Positions 53,640 to 64,000 of a stretch of 64,000 nt of DNA are shown one piece after another. The notes below the pieces were generated by a model. The model saw only the letters and a list, made by a program, of their open reading frames with translations, was not told where the DNA came from and made no database searches. This DNA comes from Eledone cirrhosa (Eukaryota), in contig OZ024743.1 of assembly GCA_964016885.1 (NCBI GenBank), forward strand, positions 167,648,001 to 167,712,000, written 5' to 3'. Positions within the stretch are counted from its first letter, which is position 1, and each line of letters opens with the position of its first letter. A program made the translations under genes and the position numbers.

Positions 53640-53784
53640 CGGGTAAAATTCCCGAGATCCATGGACGAGTTCTCTCCAGCGGTCTCTGTCCCTCTGCCAT
53701 GTCCTGCATCTCCAACAGACCAGTGTCTGTCCTTAGGGCATCAACATACGTTAACCTTGGTCTTCCTCTTCTAGTGTGTCCATG
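53636..53784 (-). mobile_element. Short RTE 3' fragment (same family as 46455-46898)
   Basis: Sequence match with a small deletion. Confidence 0.85.
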
Positions 53785-53807
53785 TATATATATATATATA
53801 TATATAA

Positions 53808-53871
<64 letters not shown>

Positions 53872-53955
53872 TTATATTTAAGTAACAGCCGTACTAAGAG
53901 TGAGAAATGAAATTTCGTTTCATTTTTTCCATTTATATATATATATGTATATATG

Positions 53956-53986
<31 letters not shown>

Positions 53987-54256
53987 TTTGTTATATTGGA
54001 GTTTACCTGGTAAACATTATAGAAGCTCTATGCTAATCAGTATACTTGGTCCACCAGTAACCGAAAAGGGCTGATGGAGTTTTTAGCCTTAGTAGATTTT
54101 GTTATGCACTGTTATGGCACGGACTGCATAGCGCAAAATTTAATAAATTTAGAGAGAGTAACCAAGTTAGACTTACAATTTTTTGATATAGTATGAGTCT
54201 AATCTGTGGTATTACCTTTTGCATGTTGCAATGTTGGTCCCTATAGCAATATTTAA

Positions 54257-54343
54257 ATCCCTGAGGATATGTAGACCGGTGGACAAATACCCAATGTATA
54301 TTGAGGTATGGCTTCCCGTTAAACATTGAAACGTACGTAGGAT
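54257..54343 (+). ncRNA. Type I HHR with extended stem II in a head-to-head pLTR insertion (~53985-54390)
   Basis: atcc-CUGAGGA-t-atgt..acat-t-GAAA-C-gtac-G-UA-ggat; 54150-54175 inverted at 54356-54380. Confidence 0.75.
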
Positions 54344-54386
54344 AAAATTATGTTTTAAGTCTAACTTGGTTATTCTCTCTCAATTC

Positions 54387-54440
<54 letters not shown>

Positions 54441-54445
<5 letters not shown>

Positions 54446-54985
54446 TAGGATTGGTCCTTTGAAATAGCGATGTATACATGAATGTATGTATAGTATATTT
54501 GGCAATATACCGTATGTTTAATTAAAAACATTTTGAAGACCCTGCGCTATCATTTTTAAAGTAGTGACTATGTCACTTCTTTTTTCGGCAAAGGAAGAGA
54601 GAGAAGCTGATAGATTCTGTTTCACACTGTTCGTGATCCTCAGAGCAACGTACCGAAAATTATAGCGCAAGGTCTTCAAAATGTTTTAAATTAAACATAC
54701 GGTATATTGCTAAATATACTATACATACTTTCATGTATACATCGCTATTTCAGAGCACCAATCCTAATTTTTAATTTTTGCTGGATCGTCAATCCCTCTG
54801 TATAATCAGTTCCTGATTCATATAGAATTCCAGTAATAATTATTACTGGAATTCTATAAGAATCCAGTTTCTATAATTTTCGGCAGAGGCGGGGGAGTAC
54901 GTTGCTCTGAGGATCACCAACAGTGTGAAACAGAATCTGTCAGCTTCTCTCCCTTCCTTGAGCGTAGCAGAAATCACGTAACTAT
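54441..54985. mobile_element. Diverged relative of the 310-bp retrozyme, two head-to-head arms, each with an HHR
   Basis: Shares ggtcttcaaaatgttt, aaacatac, atcgctatttcagagca, cagttcctg and attctataag with the array; HHR gct-CUGAGGA-t-cac-caaca-gtg-t-GAAA-cag-aat-ctg-UC-agc at 54904-54944(+), related copy at ~54606-54646(-). Confidence 0.85.
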
Positions 54986-55299
54986 ACATACATATTTTAA
55001 CATATATTTTAAGAATGTGAATCTAATTATATTGGTTATATAAAAAAAATGTATTGTATTGTATTATATTATAAGCTACTAATGTATATGGTTAATTATA
55101 ATAATGTAATAATTATGTGAGTAAATATATAACGTATTTTACCTATGTAAACAACTTTGGTGAAATAACTCTAAATTATATAAGGTTACAAGTATTGTAT
55201 TCAAGGCATGTTTTCGATAAACATTGAATAAGATATGTTTCCCTCTATTAGGTCCCACAATTATTATTATTATTTATATTGTAAATAAACAACTTATAT

Positions 55300-56280
55300 A
55301 AAATTTCAAAGCACCATATAAATGGTTAAATGGTTAAAGATCCTTTATAAAGATTATGAAAAGTCTTGGAAAACCTATTCAAACAAGAATTAAGTATCTC
55401 CTTCTTTTTGTTAATGATATTACCAGGATTGATAATTATATGAAATATTTCTTCTGTATAAAGATGACAAATTCGCTGGGGCATTCCTGATTTTATTCCA
55501 AGAGATTGAATAATCACTGTTATTGTCTTTTAAAGACCAAATTAGTTGTGACAGTGAAGTTGAGAATTTCTTATCAGAGCGTTTAAAAGTATGCTTGTGA
55601 TTATACCAGCGCTCCTTAAATTTTGATGAAGTGGCCCCTATATAATTATACAGTTTATCTCCAGTATTAATGGTGCATTTATATACTAAATTATTATCTA
55701 AGCAATTATTCTCTAGCGGGCAAGAGATATTATACCTGAAATTACATTTTATTATATTGTTACTTGAAGATATAGTACTATTATTCATGTATACGTTATT
55801 ATTATTATTGCTAATGCTATTAATTATATTATTGTTATTTGGGTTTATTTCAGTTTGGTTTAATTTTAGATTCCTATTATTAATTTTTGCTATATTCTGG
55901 GATAGATTCATAATCGTTGAGTAAGAGAGTTTGACTGTATGTCTGTTAAAAATGCAATGGTATTTGTGAGATTTAAGAAAACATTTATCTAGAGTTCTAA
56001 AGAATTGGTGTGCTAAAGATGTCTTAATTCCCAAGGATATTGGGGGTGAATACCAAATTATAGATCGGGTTCTGGCTTTCTTATTATTTTGGTTAGGTGG
56101 TTTATTTTCGTTATTTTTATAATATACTTTTGCAGGTGGGTTTTTATTATTTCTATCTATTTATTAGTGTATCCACCTCTGTATAAAGCGTCGTTATGGT
56201 ATTCAGCTTTGTTATCGAATATATTTTTTATTAGCTGAGAGTCTTGAAATTCTTTGTTGGACACTATTGACTATAGCTTC
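55300..56280 (-). pseudogene. Naiad-like 3' fragment
   Basis: FNRHTVKLSYS, CPLENNC, LVYKC, YIGATSSKFKERWYNH; related to the 21655-25300 family. Confidence 0.88.
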
Positions 56281-56352
56281 TTCACTGCCGGTAGCGGGAT
56301 TATACTATTCAGTTTACGCTAAGGTATATCAATATCTTAACACCAAATATTA

Positions 56353-56412
56353 TATTTTATCTGATGAAAGCATACTAAAATTTAGTATCCTTGAAATACG
56401 TATAATAAAATA
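56353..56412 (+). ncRNA. Type I HHR in inverted pLTR arm
   Basis: tattttat-CUGAUGA-aagcatactaa..ttagtatcctt-GAAA-U-acgu-A-UA-ataaaata. Confidence 0.88.
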
Positions 56413-56654
56413 AATATGGTATTATAAAGATATTTTCCATTTATTAATATTGTTAATATTAATAATACTCCAGATAAAACACTGTAGAGTGCTTCAAATC
56501 TGTTATAAAATTAACTCTGTTGAAAAATAATCAACAAACCATACAACTCATTGTTTATATATATATATAAATATGTGTGTGTGTGTACGTGCGTGTGTGT
56601 GTCTATATAAATACATATATGTGTGTCTGTGTGTGTTTGTGTGAATATATGTAG

Positions 56655-56965
56655 GTTGGATCTCCGTCTTGTGCAAGTTGATTCAATCAACGGAACGGTG
56701 GCCTGCTCTTGAAATGAACGTGTAAGTGGCTGAGCATTCCACAAGCACGTACTCTTAACGTAGTTTCCAGGGAGATGCAGCGAAAAACAATATGTAATGA
56801 TACCGGCTATTTCAATTATAGGTACAATTCATTTATGCAATGTGAGTGGACTGGAGCAACATGAAATAAAGCGTCTTGTTTAGCGATCTAACGCGCCACC
56901 CGGTCCGTGTGTCTAACACACGACGCTACGTTCGTGAGACGTGCATTCTAATCACTAAGTAACAC
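56655..56965 (-). mobile_element. Degenerate SINE of a second family (octopus-type)
   Basis: aagtggctgagcattccac, cttaacgtagtt..agggagat, gagtggactggagcaacatgaaataaag; recalled as a common octopus repeat, not verified. Confidence 0.6.
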
Positions 56966-57719
56966 ACGCGCATACACACACATGCACACACACACATAAA
57001 TAGATAAATAGAAAGGGAGAGAGAGAATGAAAGAGATAGATAGAGCAGGAAAGAAAGAATTACTTGAGAAATCTATTGACACGATCACAGCTTATTAAAA
57101 GAATTCATGGCGAGACTCTTTATTGTATGTAAACATATTGTATATGCTTTCATAGATACCCCTATTAAGAACTTCACTATGTTAGTGCTTCTTCTAATTA
57201 CATGCCGTTTAATAGTCAAGTTCGTACTGTATACAAATGAGCATCTCCAACCGATGTTTCATTTACAAAAACAGGCTTTAGTCTATTTTGCCTCAGTAGC
57301 GTCGCTGATGACTGATAAGAATTCAGAAAAAGCTATTTAACATTCTCACCGATACTGAAATGGGTGTGACATGATCACAGTTTATAGAAAAATTCATACC
57401 GAGAGATGTATGTTTATTATCCATAAACACCTCTATTATGAACCATGCTATGCTAGTGTCACTTTTAATTATCTATCTATTTATGTATGCATGTTCTTGT
57501 GGTTTTATAATTTCACAAATTTTTTCCCAATAAGGAGAGGGTCGGTTTCTAACATAGACACAAGACTCTCTCATTGGAATGTTCACAACACCAACTAGGT
57601 AGATTATGTATGCATGCATATGTAGATATGGATGTTATTGTATGTGTGGAAGTGTATGTTTTGAGTTGTATGTGTGCATGTGTATATGCTTTGTATCTGT
57701 ACATGTGTATATGCAGTTA

Positions 57720-58820
57720 TTAGATGCAAAATTTTTGAAAAGTTTTACATATTTTTACTGTTCCATTAATGGATTGTACTTGTAATTTCCTAACTACTTG
57801 TGTTCTTTCTGTTCCTGTCAAGCCTAGCTTCTCAAGATTTCTTTTGAGGCAGTTACTAACATACCCCAGTGCCCCAATAATCACAGGCATAAATCTGAAT
57901 GTGTAATCAGGGTGGAGTATCTGCAGATTTCTCATAAGTTCCGCATAAATATTCTCCTTTTCGCTAATCTTTGATATTATATTGGCATTTGCTGGGCAGC
58001 TAATTTCCACTACTGTGCATGCTTTCTTCTCCCTGTCCCATATCATAATATCTGGTCTGTTATGCCTGCATTTTATTGAGGTTTTTACTGGAACATTCCA
58101 GCAGTACTCTTTCATATTATGTACGTGGATGTCTTCCACATTGCTGTAGCTTTTAATGTGTTTATTATCGGGGCTATCTTTTTTACGAACTGCATTGTAC
58201 AGTGTTTTGGCCACTACATCATGCCTCATAGGTAGATAGTACCGCGATGACATCTTTGGACAGCTGCTGATGACATGGGTGATATCCTCGATGTTAGTTC
58301 TGCAGAGTCTGCACTTGTTATCACATCTAGGTGTTTTGCCTGCATCCCTATCTCTTTTGTGAATCAGGTATTTCGTGTTAATCTCCTGTTCTTGGATTGC
58401 AAAAGCATATCCTTCAAAGTGGGAGCCAATATAGCGGTTGTTGGTCCAAGATAGACTACTTTCCTTATCTATATTACTCTCACTCTGGAGCTTCCTGGCA
58501 ACATATCCATGCATGATCTTTTGCTGATAAATATGATGTTTTTCATCCATGGATTCACTGCGATACTGCTGAGCGACTTGCCTGGGTGTGAGATTTTGAT
58601 TATCAAACAGGGAATATCTCTCCAGGAGTTCCTTCCCAACTCTCATGATCTTATCTGTTTCATGCAGATAGACTTGCTCGAGAAATGGGCTCCTACGCTT
58701 CGAGGTTCGTAGGTGTTGTCGGAGAGATATGATGCACCATTCAAATGTTGTCTGGACTGATGTTAGGCCCCTGCCTCCCTGCTTACGTTTCAAGTAAAAG
58801 CGGTCTATGTCACTGTTGAT
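57720..58820 (-). pseudogene. R4/Dong-like ORF C-terminus (thumb, CCHC, restriction-like endonuclease), copy 1
   Basis: GGRGL, MHG, AIQEQ, CRLC..EDITHVISSC, RHD, NRPDI, EISCP, K..Y, PVIIGALG. Confidence 0.92.
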
Positions 58821-59080
58821 GTGGATAAAGGCAGTTTATTTATGTATGTATGTTCTTCTGGTTTTATAATTTCACAAAGTTTTACCAATAGAGAGAGAGT
58901 CGGTTTCTAACATAGACACAAGACTCTCTCATTGGAATTTACACAACATCAACTAGGTAGATATGTATGTGTGCATGCATGTGTAGATATGGATGTTATT
59001 GCATGTGTGGATGTGTATGTTTTGAGTTGTATGTGTGCATGTGTATAGGCTTTGCATCTGTACATGTGTATATGCAGTTA

Positions 59081-60181
59081 TTAGATGCAAAGTTTTTGGA
59101 ATGTTTTACATATTTTTACTGTTCCATTAATGGATTGTAGTTGTAATTTCCTAACTAGATGTGTTCTTTCTGTTCCTGTCAAGCCTAGCTTCTCAAGATT
59201 TGTATTGAGACAGTTACTAACATACCCCAGTGCCCCAATAATCACAGGCATAAATCTGAATGTGTAATCAGGGTGGAGTATCTGCAGATTTCTCATAAGT
59301 TCCGCATAAATATTCTCCTTTTCGCTAATCTTTGATATTATATTGGCATTTGCTGGGCAGCTAATTTCCACTACTGTGCATGCTTTCTTCTCCCTGTCCC
59401 ATATCATAATATCTGGTCTGTTATGCCTGCATTTTATTGAGGTTTTTACTGGAACATTCCAGCAGTACTCTTTCATATTATGTACGTGGATGTCTTCCAC
59501 ATTGCTGTAGCTTTTAATGTGTTTATTATCGGGGCTATCTTTTTTACGAACTGCATTGTACAGTGTTTTGGCCACTACATCATGCCTCATAGGTAGATAG
59601 TACCGCGATGACATCTTTGGACAGCTGCTGATGACATGGGTGATATCCTCGATGTTAGTTCTGCAGAGTCTGCACTTGTTATCACATCTAGGTGTTTTGC
59701 CTGCATCCCTATCTCTTTTGTGAATCAGGTATTTCGTGTTAATCTCCTGTTCTTGGATTGCAAAAGCATATCCTTCAAAGTGGGAGCCAATATAGCGGTT
59801 GTTGGTCCAAGATAGACTACTTTCCTTATCTATATTACTCTCACTCTGGAGCTTCCTGGCAACATATCCATGCATGATCTTTTGCTGATAAATATGATGT
59901 TTTTCATCCATGGATTCACTGCGATACTGCTGAGCGACTTGCCTGGGTGTGAGATTTTGATTATCAAACAGGGAATATCTCTCCAGGAGTTCCTTCCCAA
60001 CTCTCATGATCTTATCTGTTTCATGCAGATAGACTTGCTCGAGAAATGGGCTCCTACGCTTCGAGGTTCGTAGGTGTTGTCGGAGAGATATGATGCACCA
60101 TTCAAATGTTGTCTGGACTGATGTTAGGCCCCTGCCTCCCTGCTTACGTTTCAAGTAAAAGCGGTCTATGTCACTGTTGAT
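59081..60181 (-). pseudogene. R4/Dong-like ORF C-terminus, copy 2 (mosaic)
   Basis: Identical to copy 1 except the last ~40 aa, which match copy 3. Confidence 0.92.
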
Positions 60182-60972
60182 GTGGATAAAGGCAGTTTAT
60201 TTATGTATGTATGTTCTTCTGGTTTTATAATTTCACAAAGTTTTACCAATAGAGAGAGAGTCGGTTTCTAACATAGACACAAGACTCTCTCATTGGAATT
60301 TACACAACATCAACTAGGTAGATATGTATGTGTGCATGCATGTGTAGATATGGATGTTATTGCATGTGTGGATGTGTATGTTTTGAGTTGTATGTGTGCA
60401 TGTGTATAGGCTTTGCATCTGTACATGTGTATATGCAGTTATTAGATGCAAAGTTTTTGGAATGTTTTACATATTTTTACTGTTCCATTAATGGATTGTA
60501 GTTGTAATTTCCTAACTAGATGTGTTCTTTCTGTTCCTGTCAAGCCTAGCTTCTCAAGATTTGTATTGAGACAGTTACTAACATACCCCAGTGCCTCAAT
60601 AATCACAGACATAAATCTGAAGGTGTAATCAGGGTGGAGTATCTGCAGATTTCTCATCAGTTCTGCATAAATATTCTCCTTTTCACTAATCTTTGATATT
60701 ATATTGGCATCTGCTGGGCAGCTAATTTCCACTACTGTGCATGTTTTCTTCTCCCTGTCCCATATCATAATATTTGGTCTGTTATGCCTGCATTTTATTG
60801 GGGTTTTTACTGGGGTGTTTATTATCGGGGCTATCTTTTTTACGAACTGCATTGTACAGTGTTTTGGCCACTACATCATGCCTCATATGTAGATAGTACC
60901 GCGATGACATCTTTGGACAGCTGCTGATGACATGAGTCTCCCAGGCCAAAATATGCGACTGATCGCGTTGAC

Positions 60973-61005
<33 letters not shown>

Positions 61006-61579
61006 TGTATGTATGTATGTATGTATGTATGTATGTATGTATGTATGTATGTATGTATGTATGTATGTGAAAGTGAGCTTATAGATCGGACAACACACGA
61101 TGTCTTTTTCGTGGGGTAAGGTTTGATTAATCTTTGTATTCTCAAACAACCAAATTCGACAAAAACCTTTGCTTACTAGACTCTGCAAATAACCTGACAG
61201 AAGTTGTGAAAGTTGCATAAATATTTTCATATATTTTTTCCAATGCAATCGTTGTTTACATTTTATTTACATCCTAATGCATTTTAATCAAACATGGTTA
61301 AATTTTAAATTTTGAAAAGAGAAGAAAATGGACAAATGAAATAAATAGATTTCACTACCACTGCCACCAAAATAACGTCTACACTCTCTCCCCACCACCA
61401 CATTTCACTCACACAAGTCAATCCCCAACCTATTTCTAGACGAAAGTCTCTGACCTGCTACCGGGCTCCCTACTGTGTGTTGAATATGCGTGTGTGTATA
61501 TATATGTATGTATGTATATATATGTATGTATATATAACTCAGTCAAAACGACCAACGTTCAACGTTCAACCCCAGCATC

Positions 61580-61580
61580 T

Positions 61581-61673
<93 letters not shown>

Positions 61674-61726
61674 TCTACAACAACAACAGCACCAGAACAC
61701 GAACACCAATATCTACAACAACAACA
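61580..61726. repeat. (CAA)n microsatellite
   Basis: ~30 perfect CAA units plus degenerate flanks. Confidence 0.95.
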
Positions 61727-61729
61727 GTC

Positions 61730-63630
61730 TCTAGGTATGGATGGCATACATGCAGAACTCTTACAATATGGTGGTGAGAGACTTCTGTGACATCTTCACT
61801 CTTTGTTTGGCAGGGCATGGGCTAGTGAATACGTACCTGAGGACCGGAGAGATGCAGTAATGGCAGTCTTGGACAAGGAAAAGGGTGACAAGTATGATTG
61901 TGGAAACTACAGAGGTATATCATTGCTTTCTGTCGTAGGAAAACAATTATTTAGGGTGCTTCTGGACCGTCTGCTGACACATTGCAGATTGTGTTATTCC
62001 CGAAAGTCTATCTGGTTTTCGTGTTGGACGCGGCACTACTGATATGATCTTCTCAGCTAGACAGCTCCAGAAGAAGTGCATGGAACAAGGTTTGGATCTG
62101 TATCAGGTTTTTGTCGATCAGACAAAAGCTTTCGATACTGTTAACAGAAATGCATTGTGGAAGGTTCTCCAGAAACCTGGTTGCCCTGATAAGTTCCTTG
62201 CTTTGGTTAGGTCTTTCCATGACGACATGAAGGCTTGGGTTAATGTCAGAGGTAACATGTCGGAGCCTATCTCAGTAAAAAGGGGAGTGAAATAGGGGGA
62301 TATTCCAGCACCGACCCTGTTTGCCATATACTTTGCAATGGTTTCCTACATCGCATTCAGAAATTGCGAGCATGTTGTTTACATCTACTATTAAACCTCT
62401 GGCAGCATATTTAACATCAGGCGCTTTGCTGCAAGAACAAAAGTATTTACATCAATCATAAGAGACCTCTTGTATGCAGATGATTGCGATCTTGTAGCGC
62501 ACACAGAGAGTGATATGCAGCACATTTTGAATGCATTTTCTGATGCTTGCACTTCCCTAGGATTGACTATCAGTCTCAAGAAAACCGTCGTCCTGTACCA
62601 ACCTGCCCCTGTTAAGCAGTGCAGTAAACCAAATATCTATGTGTATGGTAAAAGACTTGGAGTGGTTGATCAGTTTGTCTACCTGGGAAGCACTGTCAAT
62701 CGATACGCCAATCTTGATAATGAAATTCCACTCAGGATTAGAAAAGCAAGTGATGCTTTCGGAAAGCTAGAAAGAGGCTTCTAGGGTCGGCGAGAAATAT
62801 GCAAAAAGACAAAGGTAAAGGTGTACAAGGCTTGTGAGCTCTCTTCTCTTCTTTATGCCTGCGAGACTTGGGTTACATATTGACACCATCTTAAACCATT
62901 GGAGCGTTTCCAACAGATGTGTCTCAGACGGATCCATGGCGTTCACTGAAGGGACCACATCAGTGATGTCGGGAATGTGGAAAGCTCTGTGAAATTATAG
63001 AAACTCTTGTGCTTAAGCAAAGTCTCAGATTAAGGATTCTAGAATACCGAAACAACACTTTTATGGCGAGTTAAAGGAAAACGACCTCCACATAAATCAA
63101 AAAAAGAGGTATAAGGATTTGTTGAAAGTCTCTTTGAAAGACGCTAACATCTCTGCTGATACATGGGAAAGCGTAGTTGCTGATCGTAATAAATGGAGAA
63201 AGACTACACATGAGGGAAAAGTTGTTTTTGAGGCATCTCGAATCGCATACGAGAAAGTAAAAAGGGATGTGAGGAAGGGCATTGCTGTTGCATTTCCAGA
63301 CAGCGAAGGTCCTCCTATGGCGCTGACATGCATCGTCTGTGCGAGACTCTGCCTCAGCAAAGCTGGACTCGAAAGTCATCTTCGCAGTCATAAAGTGAGA
63401 CCAGTGGTTGACTAACAGGCTGCTGTTGGAGATGCTACTCATCATGCCTGCCAAGCATGTGGTAGAGAATGTAAAACAGCAGGAGGGTTCAAACGACATG
63501 CAAAAGTACATGAACTCCAACCACAGCCGACTATGGCCAGTGAATGTTTTTGGTTGCCATCTCTCTGCAAGACATTTTAGATCATTGGCTGGGCTAAAAA
63601 GCCACATTCGATGGCAGCACCGTTAATTGT
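61730..63630 (+). pseudogene. 5'-truncated RTE (BovB-like) LINE RT with C-terminal C2H2 fingers
   Basis: GMDGIHAEL, KGDKYDCGNYRGISLLS, DMIFSARQLQ, FVDQTKAFDTVNR, GVK, YADD, GLTISLKKT, FVYLGS; several stops and frameshifts. Confidence 0.9.
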
Positions 63631-64000
63631 TATTGTGTGTGTGTGTGTATATGTATGTATGTGTGTGTGTGTGTGGAGCGGGTGTATGTGTATGTGTGTG
63701 TGTATGTGTGTGTGTATGTGTGTGTGTATGTGTGTATGTGTATATGTATGTGTATATGTATATGTGTGTATGTATGTGTGTGTATATATTTTTTTTGTTT
63801 TCTATTTTTTTTCCTATTATTATTATTATTATTGGTCGTCGGCAAGAGTAGGTGTGTATTTGGAAGCTCCGTCAGTTATTGAATTTTAGTTGTTTTGTTA
63901 ATTTGTACTTGCTTTTTTGTTGTTGCTAAGGGTCGTAAGACTTCTTTCTGTGCCATGTGAAGGGGAGACACTAAAATATTTGGGCCTTTTGGCCCAAATA

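Larger units (their letters stand above)
57475..60935 (-). mobile_element. Three tandem 5'-truncated R4/Dong-like RLE non-LTR copies (1361-bp period)
   Basis: Repeated 3'UTR + ORF end at ~57475, ~58835 and ~60196; third copy shorter and internally deleted. Confidence 0.9.

Noticed and set aside
61477-61790. PolyQ/polyT protein
   Set aside because: A (CAA)n microsatellite abutting the truncated RTE.

Overview
AT-rich eukaryotic, repeat-saturated DNA with no recognisable host gene. Two tRNA-SINE types suggest an octopus or other cephalopod (from memory, not verified). Nearly all YI/CV/HT-rich ORFs are (TA)n/(CA)n artefacts. The window is a nest of Penelope-like elements (PLEs) of Naiad-, Neptune- and Nematis-like type. 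It includes one intact 820-aa Naiad-like RT+GIY-YIG ORF (50465-52927), R4/Dong-like and RTE LINE fragments and SINEs, mostly inserted in (TA)n tracts. The main non-coding signal is a collection of type I hammerhead ribozymes (HHRs). The centrepiece is a 5.5-kb array of a 310-bp HHR-bearing, highly self-complementary unit (17 complete HHRs, one SNP seen, head-to-head inversion at 34944-34946). It looks like a freshly inserted non-LTR retrozyme made by rolling-circle reverse transcription, with a diverged relative at 54441-54985. Recurrent patterns: PLE/pLTR insertions form head-to-head inversions whose junctions lie near the HHR cleavage site, and a conserved bulged hairpin (RCUC-stem-UH-GAGY) sits 30-70 nt downstream of many HHRs. 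Coordinates and pairings were read by eye; element edges are approximate.
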